Shown here: piece by piece, positions 46,752-56,205 of the stretch
Position numbering within the stretch: the first letter of the stretch is position 1
Layout: each line of letters begins with the position of its first letter
Source of the DNA: Candidatus Limnocylindrales bacterium
Lineage (GTDB): Bacteria > Chloroflexota > Limnocylindria > Limnocylindrales > CSP1-4
DNA: 64,000 bases
Direction: 5' to 3'
NCBI GenBank assembly: GCA_035720425.1
Contig: DASTOB010000119.1
Span: forward strand, 24,494 to 88,493
Position numbers and translations under genes: made by a program
Notes under the pieces: model-generated
Seen by the model: the letters and a program-made list of their open reading frames with translations, nothing else
Database searches by the model: none
Told to the model about the DNA's origin: nothing

Positions 46752-47747
46752 TCAGCCGGCGGTCATCTGGTAGCTCTCCACCGTGCCGTTGGCGATGGTC
46801 AGCAGGCAGCCACGCAGGACGCCCTCGCCGTACTCGCTGCCCGGATTGACGCACAGCGTCCGTCCCAGGCGGGCGGCGGCCTGGGACTCGTGGATGTGCC
46901 CGTGGAGTCCGAGCAGCGGCTGGAACCGCTCGATCGCCGCCCGAACGGACGTGCTCCCGGCGCCGTACAGCACGGGCTGGCCTCCCTTCACGATCTGGGA
47001 CGGCGGATCCGTCGTCCAGTCGAGCATCGGGCACGTGTCGAGGGTCGAGTCGCGCGGTGGGGCGTGGAAGTTGAAGATCGCGTGGCCCGGGTCGGCCAGG
47101 CCGTCGGTGGCGCGTTCGATCATCTGCGCCAACTCCTCCTCCGGCGCCTCGCGGGGCGTGTTCCAGGGCGTCGGGTTGACGTACGGCAGGCTGACCATCA
47201 CGTGGTGCTCGTCGAGTGGCACCACCCGGTCCTCGCAGGCGACGAACGCGCGGGTCCCCTCGCGCGGCAGCGACTCCATGACCTCGAGCAGGTCGTCGTT
47301 GCCGCCGGACACGTAGCAGCGCACGCCGGCCGGTCCCAGTCGGTCCTCCGCCAGCTCGATCCAGCGGGTCAGCCGCTCCACGGCGAGGTCGCGCCACAGC
47401 CGGTCGACGGCGCCCTCGTCGGCCTTCGTCGCTCGGTACTCGTCCTCGTCCATCACCACGTCGTAGAAGCCGAGCGACGCGATGAGCGATCGAGCACGCT
47501 CGACGTCCGCCGCCGTCTCGAGCGTCTCGACCCGCCCGTGGATGGTGGCCCGGTGGCGACCGCTCGCCTCCCGGATGACCGGGATGGCGAGCTTGCCCAT
47601 GACGTCGCCACCCATGACCAGCACGTCGGCCCCGTAGAACTCGGCCGCGCGGAGGAACTTGCGCCACGTCCGCTCCGAGCCGTGGACGTCGGTCGCGAAG
47701 AAGACCCGTGTCCCCTTCGCCCGCGGGCGCCTCCCGAACAGCGGCAC
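46752..47747 (-). CDS. Metallophosphoesterase (calcineurin-like) family protein
   Basis: Motifs FFATDVHGS, VMGGDVMGK, SGGNDD, FNFHAPP and GHIHES. Confidence 0.85.
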   Translation of the reverse strand: MPLFGRRPRAKGTRVFFATDVHGSERTWRKFLRAAEFYGADVLVMGGDVMGKLAIPVIREASGRHRATIHGRVETLETAADVERARSLIASLGFYDVVMDEDEYRATKADEGAVDRLWRDLAVERLTRWIELAEDRLGPAGVRCYVSGGNDDLLEVMESLPREGTRAFVACEDRVVPLDEHHVMVSLPYVNPTPWNTPREAPEEELAQMIERATDGLADPGHAIFNFHAPPRDSTLDTCPMLDWTTDPPSQIVKGGQPVLYGAGSTSVRAAIERFQPLLGLHGHIHESQAAARLGRTLCVNPGSEYGEGVLRGCLLTIANGTVESYQMTAG

Positions 47748-47764
47748 GTGGGCCAGCCCTCCGC

Positions 47765-50191
47765 TCAGCCGCGCATCCGGTCGCCCGATGGGTCGACGAC
47801 GGCGTCGGCCACGACCCGGGCCGGAACCCGATCGCCGAACACGTCGACGGTCAGGTCCGCTCCCTCCCCGAGGTGGGACGGAAGATACACGTATGCGACC
47901 GTGCGCAACACCGTGAATCCGTAGGCCGCGCTGCGCAGCCTCCCCACGACGTCACCCGCTGCGTCGCGGACGGCCTCACCGCCGTAGATCGGCCGATAGG
48001 CGGCGTCGTCGCCCACGAGCACGGTCCGGATCCGCCTCGCCGGCGGCCCGGCCGCGCGGCGTTCGAGGAGCGCGGCGCGGCCCATGAACTCGCCCTTGTC
48101 GACGGCCACGAGTCGGCCCAGGCCGGCCTCGTCCGGCGTGTCGAGCATGGTCAGGTCCGTGCCGTAGTAGCGGTACCCCTTCTCCATCCGGAGCGCGTCG
48201 AGGGCGCGGTAGCCGATCGGCTCGATCCGGTGGACCCGTCCCGCGGCGACGAGCGCGTCCCACACGGCGACCGCCCACGCGCGATCCATGTACAGCTCCC
48301 ACCCGAGCTCACCCGCGTAGCTGATCCGGGCGGCACGGACGGGCGCCGGGCCGACGTGGAGCTCACGCGCCGTGCGCAGCGGCAGGGCGTCGTCCGTGAC
48401 CGGGTCGTCGGTCGCCGTCGCCAGGACGGATCGGGCGGCCGGACCCCACAGCCCGATGCAGGCCAGCTCGTCGCTCGTGTCGCGGAGGGTGACGACCTCG
48501 CCGTTCGCGGCGTGGAGGCGCAGCCAACCCAGGTCGGAGGCGGCGTAGCCGGCACCGGTGATTACCCGAAATCGGTCCGGAGCCAGTCGGGTCACGGTGA
48601 CGTCCGCGACGATGCCGGCCCGCCGATCGAGGAACTGGGTGTAGATGACCGATCCGTCCGGACGGTCGACGTCGGCCGCCGCGACGCGCTGGAGGAGCGA
48701 GCATGCGCCCGGGCCGGCCACCTCGATCTTGCCGAATGACGACAGGTCGATCAGGCCGGCCCGTTCGCGGACGGCGCGAGACTCCTCCCCAACCCGCTCG
48801 AACCACGGCGGCTGCGTCCAGCCGTAGGCTCGCTGATCCTCGCCGGACCTTCGCCACGGCTGGCCGGGCTCGTGGTGGTCGGCCCGTTCCCAGCCATGCT
48901 TCGTGCCGAACACGGCGCCCGCGTCCTGGAGGCGCGAGTGGAGCGCCGACAGCCGTCGCGGCCGGCCCGCCTCGTCCGCGTCGTACGGGTAGCGCAGCCG
49001 GTAGTAGTAGCGGTACGCCTCGCGCGCCGCCGCCGCGGCGAAGCCGGGGTCCCGGTACGGATCGCCGAACCGCCACGCCCGATACGGGTGGACGTCGAGG
49101 TCCGGATCGCCCGCCGTCATCCACTCGGCCATCACCCGCCCGATCCCGCCGGCGCCACCGAAGCCGTTGAGCGACAGGCCCGCGGCGATCCAGAATCCGG
49201 GCACCCCCGGCCACGGCCCCAGGAGCGGGTTGGCGTCCGGCGTCATCGCGTCCGGATGGCAGATCAGGCGGATCGCCTCCGCGTCGGCGAGGAACGGGAA
49301 CCGGCGGATCGCTCCGGCGAGGAGCGGCTCGAAGCGCGCCCAGTCCGGTGGCAGCGACCGGCCACCGTGTTCCCATGGGACACCGTCGATCCAGCGCGCG
49401 GCGGGATCCTCCTCGTAGCCGCCCAGGATCATGCCGCCCGATTCGGCCTTGCCGTAGACGAGGTTGTCCGGGTCGCGGAAGCAGGCCATGTCGCGCGGCA
49501 GCTCGTGGCCGGCGACGGCGCGCAACGCGACGTGCTGGTGGTCGACCGGGGTCGACGGGAGCCACGCCCCGACCATCGCTGCCACCCTCGGCGCCCACAT
49601 GCCCGCGGCGTTGACGACCGCCTCGGTCCGGATCGGGCCCGCGTCGGTGTCGACCGCCGCGACCTCGCGCCGGCGGGACAGCGCGATGCCCGTGACGCGG
49701 ACGCCCGTCCGGATCGTCACGCCGAGGGCGCGAGCCGCGTCGGCCACGGCGTGCGTCGCCGCGTGCGGGTCGAGGTGGCCGTCGCCGTCGACCCACAGCC
49801 CGCCGTGCAGCGAGTCGGCGCTGATCGCCGGCATCCGCCGGCGCGCCGCGTCTGGCGACAGGAGCTCGACGTCGAGACCGAGCCCGCGGGCCCGGCTCGC
49901 GCCGCGCTGCAACTCTCCCCACTGGTCGCGGCTCGACGCGATCCGCAGGCTCCCGACGGGCTCGAACGCACCGAGCTCGCGATACAGCTCGATGCTGTAG
50001 CGACGGAGGCGCATCATCGTCGCCGACGGGTTGTACATCGTGACGAGGCCGGCCGCCTGGCTCGTCGACCCGCTCGTGAGGGGACCCTTGTCGAGGAGCA
50101 CGACATCGTGCCAGCCGGCGCGGGCGAGGTGCAGCGCGATGCTGCAGCCGGTGATCCCGCCGCCGATGATCACGACCCGCGCCTGATCCAC
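47765..50191 (-). CDS. FAD-dependent oxidoreductase / GcvT-domain fusion (dimethylglycine/sarcosine dehydrogenase family), copy 2
   Basis: (V)DQARVVIIGGGITGCSIALHLA...SGSTSQAAGL. GTG at 50191 lies 6 nt after a TACCGT -10-like hexamer. The 97-aa upstream extension is rejected. Confidence 0.85.
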   Translation of the reverse strand: MDQARVVIIGGGITGCSIALHLARAGWHDVVLLDKGPLTSGSTSQAAGLVTMYNPSATMMRLRRYSIELYRELGAFEPVGSLRIASSRDQWGELQRGASRARGLGLDVELLSPDAARRRMPAISADSLHGGLWVDGDGHLDPHAATHAVADAARALGVTIRTGVRVTGIALSRRREVAAVDTDAGPIRTEAVVNAAGMWAPRVAAMVGAWLPSTPVDHQHVALRAVAGHELPRDMACFRDPDNLVYGKAESGGMILGGYEEDPAARWIDGVPWEHGGRSLPPDWARFEPLLAGAIRRFPFLADAEAIRLICHPDAMTPDANPLLGPWPGVPGFWIAAGLSLNGFGGAGGIGRVMAEWMTAGDPDLDVHPYRAWRFGDPYRDPGFAAAAAREAYRYYYRLRYPYDADEAGRPRRLSALHSRLQDAGAVFGTKHGWERADHHEPGQPWRRSGEDQRAYGWTQPPWFERVGEESRAVRERAGLIDLSSFGKIEVAGPGACSLLQRVAAADVDRPDGSVIYTQFLDRRAGIVADVTVTRLAPDRFRVITGAGYAASDLGWLRLHAANGEVVTLRDTSDELACIGLWGPAARSVLATATDDPVTDDALPLRTARELHVGPAPVRAARISYAGELGWELYMDRAWAVAVWDALVAAGRVHRIEPIGYRALDALRMEKGYRYYGTDLTMLDTPDEAGLGRLVAVDKGEFMGRAALLERRAAGPPARRIRTVLVGDDAAYRPIYGGEAVRDAAGDVVGRLRSAAYGFTVLRTVAYVYLPSHLGEGADLTVDVFGDRVPARVVADAVVDPSGDRMRG

Positions 50192-50252
50192 GCGCGAACG
50201 GTAGGCGCGGCCGGCGCGTCCGGCAACCCGGTCCCGCCGGCCGGTCCCTACA

Positions 50253-51077
50253 ATGCGCGGCACGCTCCTTGCATTCGGAGGCCCCGCGTCGTTGTCCCCG
50301 CGTCCGGACCAGACCGCGAACGTCCTCGACCGCGCCGTGCTCGAGCGCGAGGTGGATCGGATCGTGTCGGCCGCCGAGGCCGCGGGCGCGACCCTGCGCG
50401 TGCTCGGGTCGCTCGGCGTGTCGCTCCACTGCCCGGACGCCGCCGCCCTCCTGCCGAGCTTCGCCCGGACGTACGCGGACATCGACGTCGCCGGGTACCG
50501 GCGCGAGGGTCGGGTCGTGTCCGACGTGCTCGCGTCGCTCGGCTACGTCGAGGATCGGGCCCTGACCATCGCGACCGAGGGCCGGCGTGGCCTGTACGAC
50601 CAGCCGTTCACCGGCGTCCATCTCGACGTCTTCTTCGACCGCCTCGAGTTCTGTCACCCGATCGCGCTCGACGGGCGGCTGGCCCGGGATCGGCCGACGA
50701 TCCCGCTGGCCGAGCTGCTCCTGTCGAAGCTGCAGATCGTGAAGATCAACGAGAAGGACGTGATCGACGTGATCCTGCTTCTGCTCGATCACCCGCTCGG
50801 GTCGGACGACGCGGACACGATCGACGCCCGCCGCGTCGCCGGCCTGTGCGCGGCCGATTGGGGCCTGTGGCGCACGGTGACCCTGAACCTCGACAAGGTG
50901 GCGGCCCTCGCTCGCGGCTACGCGCAGCTCGACGAGCGGCAGCGCGACCGCGCCGCGGCCCAGATCGCCGAACTCGGCGAGCGACTCGAGGCGGAGCCGA
51001 AGTCGTTCGCCTGGCGGGCGCGCGCACGGATCGGCGAACGGCGCCAATGGTGGACCGATGTCGAGGAAGTCCGCTGA
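50253..51077 (+). CDS. Nucleotidyltransferase-fold protein (uncharacterised NTase family)
   Basis: LGSLGVSLH...YADIDVAG follows the GS...DxD NTase pattern and is followed by a helical C-domain. The start is uncertain because TACAAT overlaps the listed ATG. Confidence 0.6.
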   Translation: MRGTLLAFGGPASLSPRPDQTANVLDRAVLEREVDRIVSAAEAAGATLRVLGSLGVSLHCPDAAALLPSFARTYADIDVAGYRREGRVVSDVLASLGYVEDRALTIATEGRRGLYDQPFTGVHLDVFFDRLEFCHPIALDGRLARDRPTIPLAELLLSKLQIVKINEKDVIDVILLLLDHPLGSDDADTIDARRVAGLCAADWGLWRTVTLNLDKVAALARGYAQLDERQRDRAAAQIAELGERLEAEPKSFAWRARARIGERRQWWTDVEEVR

Positions 51078-51090
51078 GGGAGGCCGGACC

Positions 51091-52017
51091 TCAGATCCCG
51101 GCAGCCTCGCGCAGGGCCCGTTCGAAGCGCGGCGTCGTGGCCGCCGCGAGGAGGCGGTCGAAGTGCTCCGCGGCGTAGGCCACGAAGTCCACGTCGAGCG
51201 TGCTGACCCCCTGCTGGAGCACGCTCCACATCGCCTCCCGAAAGTCCGACACGACGCGCATGAGCGTGAGCCGCGCGAGCCGTGACGGTTCCGGCCCGGT
51301 GGACCGGTCGTAGGCCTCGAGCAGGGCGGCATCCTCGTCGGCCTCGAGCTCGTGATTGACGCTGAAGTTTCCGAGGTCGAAGAACGGGTCGCCCATCCCC
51401 GCGTACTCCCAATCGACGATCCGGATGCGCACGCCGTCGTCGATGAAGTTCGCGTTGAGCAGGTCGTTGTGGCAGGGCCGGAGGTCGGCCGGAGCGGCCA
51501 GCAGGGCAAGCTCGATCCGCCGGCCGATCGCCCGCGCCAGCTCGTACTCCGGCGGAATCGACACGCCCCGCGCGAGCGCCAGCGCCCTGTACGCCTCGAC
51601 GATCCGAAGTGGGACGAACAGGCCCGGGATCGCCGGCCCGTCGTGGATCCGGCGGAGCGAATCGGCCACGCGAATGAGCGTGTCCGGGGTGTGGACGGCC
51701 TGGCCGGAAACCGGCGAGCCCTCGATGAAGCGGGTGACGAGGTAGCCTTCCGGCCGGATGAAGGCGGTCACCTCCGGCCCGACGCCGACGCCGGCCGCGG
51801 CGACCGTGGCGGCGTGCTCGACCTCGCGGCTGATACCGAGCAGATGGGTGTCGTTGCCGGCCAGCCGGAGGACCCACCGGTCCCGATTGCCGGTCGCCTC
51901 GACGAGGAAGTTCCGATTCGTGATCCCGCCGGACAACGGATGGAGGGTCAACTCGGCATCGGCCAGCTCGGGCACGCGGCGCAGGACGTCGACGAGCGCG
52001 GCGAGGTCGGCCGACAC
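51091..52017 (-). CDS. Choline/ethanolamine kinase-family phosphotransferase, copy 2
   Basis: LSGGITNRNF, CHNDLLNANFI, and IVDWEYAGMGDPFFDLGN. Confidence 0.85.
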   Translation of the reverse strand: MSADLAALVDVLRRVPELADAELTLHPLSGGITNRNFLVEATGNRDRWVLRLAGNDTHLLGISREVEHAATVAAAGVGVGPEVTAFIRPEGYLVTRFIEGSPVSGQAVHTPDTLIRVADSLRRIHDGPAIPGLFVPLRIVEAYRALALARGVSIPPEYELARAIGRRIELALLAAPADLRPCHNDLLNANFIDDGVRIRIVDWEYAGMGDPFFDLGNFSVNHELEADEDAALLEAYDRSTGPEPSRLARLTLMRVVSDFREAMWSVLQQGVSTLDVDFVAYAAEHFDRLLAAATTPRFERALREAAGI

Positions 52018-52050
52018 GGACGCGGTCCCTGGGCTTCCGGCCGCGCCCGG

Positions 52051-53457
52051 TCAGCCGGCGGCGACGGCGGTGCTGAGCGACTCCGGGAGCGCCCGGTGGA
52101 CCTCGACCGGGTGGATGTAGCGCTCGATCATCGCCCGCGAGTCGTTGACGCCAAGCTCCGTGAACAGGAACGCGACCTTGCGGCGCTGCGAGGCGAGGAT
52201 CTCGTCCTTGGTCGCCAGCTCCCACAGCTGGCGTTTGAACGGCCCGATCGCCTTCTTGCGGGTCGTGTACACGAACTGCTGGTCGGTCTGGTCAGACTTG
52301 CGCTCGTCGAGCGCGTTCGAGTAGCACCACGACTCGATCTCGCGATGCAGCTCCTCCGGGAAGGCGGGGTGCTCGTAGAGCGCGTTCTGAAAGCCCGTCG
52401 CCAGGTGGATCTCGGCGGTCTCGACCGCCGGGAAGCGATGGAACAGCTCGTCGGGCAGTGTGCTCGCCCCGTGCTGGACCGCGCCGGCGAGGCCATACTC
52501 GCGGGCCGTCTCGCCGAGCCGGCGGAGGACCTCGAAGTCGAGCTTGACCTCCGCCACGCCGCCGCCCGGCAGCGGGACGCCACCGTGGCTCGTGCCGGTC
52601 TGGACGCTCACCTTCGAGATGCCGATCGCGCCCGGTGCGAGGGCGTCGAGCTCGCGGCGGTAGCCGTCGAGGTAGGCGCGCAGCTCCTCGACCGTCGAGT
52701 TCGACTTGCCGACCTCGCCGATCTCGCCGCCGACGCTGATCGTCACGCCGTCGGCCTCGAGGCCACGGATCAGCGCGGTGAGCTCCGCGGCGCGACGGTA
52801 GTTCTCGTGCTGCTGCTCCTCGACCGTCGGCTTCGAGAGGTCGACGAGCGTCGACGAGTCGATGTCGATGTTGCGGTAGCCCGCGTCGATCGCGAGCCGG
52901 CAGGCCCGCCGGATCTCCTCGGTCATGGCCTCCGGGTCCGCCGCGTACTTCTTCGCGTTGAACTGGTAGTGGTCGCCCTGGATGAAGACCGGCCCCTGCC
53001 AGCCCGCGGCGATGGCACCGGCGAGGACGCCGGTGGCGTAGTCGATCGGCCGCTGGTACGTGTACGTCTGCTCGCTGCGGGCGAGCTCGAGGATGACCGC
53101 CGCGACGCCGGTCTCGGCCGCCGTCTCGTAGATCGTGCGGGCCATGTCGAACGTCTGGGCCCGGATATTCATGGCGGGGACGGTGAACCCGGATATCTCG
53201 CCGCGGGCGCGCGCCGCGTACAGCTCGTGGATGCTCGCGGACCGCGCGCCGAGGACCTGGCTCGCCTCCCACACGATCCACTGGGCTGCCGCGGCGGCCC
53301 CGTCGTCGGCGGTGAACGCCGCGGTCCAGGCCAGATCGCGGATGCCGGATTCGCGGAAGGCGTGCTCGTCGTCGATGACGAGGCGTTCCCCGTCGAGGTG
53401 GGCGCTGCCCGTCAGGGTGGTGAGCAGCTCGGTGGCCGAGCCGGCGACGTGGGGCAT
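52051..53457 (-). CDS. Long-form class II (metal-dependent) ketose-bisphosphate aldolase family protein
   Basis: Blocks FIQGDHYQ, GGEIGEVG, VQTGTSHGG and VQHGAST match the F_bP_aldolase metal and substrate motifs. ATG at 53457 has GAGGA upstream. Confidence 0.8.
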   Translation of the reverse strand: MPHVAGSATELLTTLTGSAHLDGERLVIDDEHAFRESGIRDLAWTAAFTADDGAAAAAQWIVWEASQVLGARSASIHELYAARARGEISGFTVPAMNIRAQTFDMARTIYETAAETGVAAVILELARSEQTYTYQRPIDYATGVLAGAIAAGWQGPVFIQGDHYQFNAKKYAADPEAMTEEIRRACRLAIDAGYRNIDIDSSTLVDLSKPTVEEQQHENYRRAAELTALIRGLEADGVTISVGGEIGEVGKSNSTVEELRAYLDGYRRELDALAPGAIGISKVSVQTGTSHGGVPLPGGGVAEVKLDFEVLRRLGETAREYGLAGAVQHGASTLPDELFHRFPAVETAEIHLATGFQNALYEHPAFPEELHREIESWCYSNALDERKSDQTDQQFVYTTRKKAIGPFKRQLWELATKDEILASQRRKVAFLFTELGVNDSRAMIERYIHPVEVHRALPESLSTAVAAG

Positions 53458-53533
53458 GGGAGGATCCTCTGAGCGGTCGGAGGGCGCACAAACATGGTAG
53501 CGGTGGCCGCGCCCGATTGCCCGCGAGGATCGG

Positions 53534-54037
53534 TCAGAACTGCGGCTTGACGACCATGAGCAGGACGATCGCGACGAGCAGGACGCCGAGCGCCATCCCG
53601 CCACGCTGGATCCGGACGATGAGCGCGCGCAGCTCCGGCGGCGGTCCGCTCGCCCCGGGCGGGGGCGGCGTCGACGTCATCTCGATGACGCGGTGAACGA
53701 GCTTGCTCTGGACGAAGAACGAATATCCGTAGGCGATGATGTACAGCACGATCCCGAGACCCAGCCACCAGTAGGCCCGCGACGACAGGTCGATTCCGGC
53801 CACGAGGATCATGAGCGCGCCGGTGATCGGGAGGGTGATCCCGATCGGATAGACGAGCTTGTGGCTGATCGCGGCCGAGACGCGCGTCGCGAAGTTGGCG
53901 TGCTGCGGCTCACCCCCGCCCATCGCTCCGATGATCGAGAAGCCGAACGTGGGCCCGAATGCGACGATCGCGCCGAGGACATGGAGGAACAGCAGCCACG
54001 GGAACAGCCAGGCAAGGTCGGTCATGGTGAGCTCCAT
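53534..54037 (-). CDS. Integral membrane protein (DUF2269-like, 4 TM)
   Basis: WLLFLHVLGAIVAFGPTFGF plus three further hydrophobic helices. Confidence 0.65.
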   Translation of the reverse strand: MELTMTDLAWLFPWLLFLHVLGAIVAFGPTFGFSIIGAMGGGEPQHANFATRVSAAISHKLVYPIGITLPITGALMILVAGIDLSSRAYWWLGLGIVLYIIAYGYSFFVQSKLVHRVIEMTSTPPPPGASGPPPELRALIVRIQRGGMALGVLLVAIVLLMVVKPQF

Positions 54038-54083
54038 CTGCGCGTGCAGCGGCGTTCAGCGCCGCGAAAGATGCGACCGGAGC

Positions 54084-56186
54084 CTACGACACGCGCTTGG
54101 TCCGATGTGCGACGAAGTCGACGAGCACGTACTCGCCGAGGCGCTCCGGCGTCGCGTAGAACGCTCGGCCACGATTGAGGCGGGTCACGAGCGCCACGAA
54201 CTCCGCGAGGGCGCGTGACCGTTCCAGCATGAACGTGTTGATCGTGATCCCGTCCCGTGTACAGCGCTGGACCTCGCGGAGCGTCTCGTGGATCGTCCGC
54301 CGGGTGGGTGGGTAGCTGAACTCGACCTGGCCGTCCTCGAAGTGGGCGGTGGGCTCCCCATCCGTGATCACGACGATCTCGCGGTTCGCCGCGTGCTGGC
54401 GGGCGAGGATCCGTCGCGCGAGCAGGAGAGCGTGCTGGAGGTTCGTCCCGTATTCGTAGCCGTGCCAGGTCAACTCCGGTAGCGTCTCCGGTCGGATCTC
54501 GCGGGCGTAGTAGGCGAAGCCGATCACCGACAGGTGGTCGCGCGGGTACTGCATCCGGATCAGCGTGTTCAGCGCGACCGCCACCTTCTTGGCGGCGACG
54601 AAGCAGCCGCGCAGGAGCATCGAGCGGCTCAGGTCGACGAGCAGGACCGTCGACGTCGATGTCAGCTGCTCCGTGCGATGGACCTCGAAATCGGACGGCT
54701 CGAGCCGAAGGCCGCGCGCGTCGGCCGGTCGAGCCGCGCGGGCCGCCGGGGCGTTCTCCTCGCGACCGAGGGCGTTGGCGAGCGTCCGGCGGAGGTCCAG
54801 GTGGAACGGGTCGCCGAACTCGTACGGCTTGGCGGTTTCCTCGCGCTCCCCTCCGCGGCCGGCCCGATCGAGCCGGTGCCCGCCGAATGCGTCGCGCCGC
54901 AGCCGGGCGAACAGGTCGTCGAGCACCTTCTGGCCGATCCGCCGGCTGCCGCGCGGGGTGAGCTCGAGCCGTTCGCCACGGCGGGTCAGGTAACCCGCCT
55001 CCTCGAGCCGCCGCGCCACCGCGTCGAGGTGGTCGAGGTCGCGCACGGCCTCCTCGCCGAGGAGCTCGCGGACCTGACCGCGATCGATCGCGCCGACGTC
55101 CGCCGCCGACTCGACGTCGCCGAGCGTGTCCTCGAGTGCGTCGAGTGCGTGCATCCGGCCGATCTGCGCGAGCGCCGCGTCGAGCCCCAGCGGCTCGTCG
55201 CCGGCGAACCGGAACCGGTCGCCCAGTCCACCGGGCAGCAGCTGGTCCATGTTCGCCGCCAGCTGCGCGAGATCCCAGCGTAGCCGGTCGTCTCGCAACA
55301 GCGCGTCCATCATCGACTGGAGCTCCGCCCGCTGCTCCGGTGACATCGACCGGAGCAGCGATTGGAGGGCGGCCATCCGGGCGGCGAGCTGCTCGATGAT
55401 GTCGTCGAGCGTCTGGGCACCCGGGAAGAACCGGCCGTGTCGCTGCAGGAACGGCCCGGGATCCGGGTCGCGCCCGGCAAGGCGCTCCCGGAGCAACTCG
55501 TTGAGGTCTCGGACCATCTCCCGGTTTGCGGCGAGGTCCTCCGGCGTCACCCCGCTGATCGCGTCCGACAGGCCGGCGACGTACTGGTCGAGCACCTGCC
55601 GCCGCAGCCGCTCGACGAGCGCGTCGTACCGCTCGCGCGCAGTCGGCTCGAGGAAGTCGTAGTCCTCCAGACGGCGGATCCGCTCCCCGACGTCGGCAGG
55701 CAGGCGGTCGAGCTGGTCGAGGCGGCGGGCAGCGGCGTCGCGAAGCATCGCCTGGAGCTGATCATTCGCCCCAGTCGGCTCGGGCCCGTCCGCGTCGGTC
55801 GCGGCGGTCGGCTCTGGCTCCCCAGCGCCGGCGGCCTCGGCCAGCCGGCGCTCGACCCCCGCGCGCTCCAGCCCGACGATCTCGTCGACCTCGCGACGGA
55901 TGTCGGCCAGGACGTCGCCGAGTCGGTAGCGGTCGAGCAGCTCCTCGCGCCGGCGCCCCAGCCGGTCGATGAGGTCGCGCAGCCCGGCGAGGTCCGGTCG
56001 CGTGGGGTCGTCGGAGCGCAGCCCGCGCTCGAGCAGCCGCCGCAGGGCATCGCCGACATCGCCGTCGGCCATGACGTCATCGGCCATCGCGGCCAGCAGC
56101 TCATCCGCGTCGAGGTCCGGGACGGCCTGCGTGCCGTCCCAGCGGGAGTAGCGAAACCGGTCGTCGAACGCGAGTGGGCCGGTCAT
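54084..56186 (-). CDS. VWA-domain protein with a long charged helical N-terminal region (BchD-like partner of the ChlI-like ATPase)
   Basis: ATG at 56186 (MTGPLAFDDRFRYSRWDGTQ). C-terminal VWA domain with MIDAS LLVDLSRSM and VVITDGEPT. Confidence 0.85.
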   Translation of the reverse strand: MTGPLAFDDRFRYSRWDGTQAVPDLDADELLAAMADDVMADGDVGDALRRLLERGLRSDDPTRPDLAGLRDLIDRLGRRREELLDRYRLGDVLADIRREVDEIVGLERAGVERRLAEAAGAGEPEPTAATDADGPEPTGANDQLQAMLRDAAARRLDQLDRLPADVGERIRRLEDYDFLEPTARERYDALVERLRRQVLDQYVAGLSDAISGVTPEDLAANREMVRDLNELLRERLAGRDPDPGPFLQRHGRFFPGAQTLDDIIEQLAARMAALQSLLRSMSPEQRAELQSMMDALLRDDRLRWDLAQLAANMDQLLPGGLGDRFRFAGDEPLGLDAALAQIGRMHALDALEDTLGDVESAADVGAIDRGQVRELLGEEAVRDLDHLDAVARRLEEAGYLTRRGERLELTPRGSRRIGQKVLDDLFARLRRDAFGGHRLDRAGRGGEREETAKPYEFGDPFHLDLRRTLANALGREENAPAARAARPADARGLRLEPSDFEVHRTEQLTSTSTVLLVDLSRSMLLRGCFVAAKKVAVALNTLIRMQYPRDHLSVIGFAYYAREIRPETLPELTWHGYEYGTNLQHALLLARRILARQHAANREIVVITDGEPTAHFEDGQVEFSYPPTRRTIHETLREVQRCTRDGITINTFMLERSRALAEFVALVTRLNRGRAFYATPERLGEYVLVDFVAHRTKRVS

Positions 56187-56205
56187 TGTCGACGAGGAGC
56201 GCCGG

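Noticed and set aside
48363-51509. Very long alternative-frame ORFs, for example 48363..51509 (1048 aa), 6461..8908 (815 aa), 16078..18837 (919 aa), 58396..60891 (831 aa) and 7624..9498 (624 aa).
   Set aside because: All are dominated by Arg, Pro, Gly and Ala and lack recognisable motifs. They overlap strongly supported genes on the other strand or frame. They are typical stop-codon-poor shadow ORFs of very GC-rich DNA.
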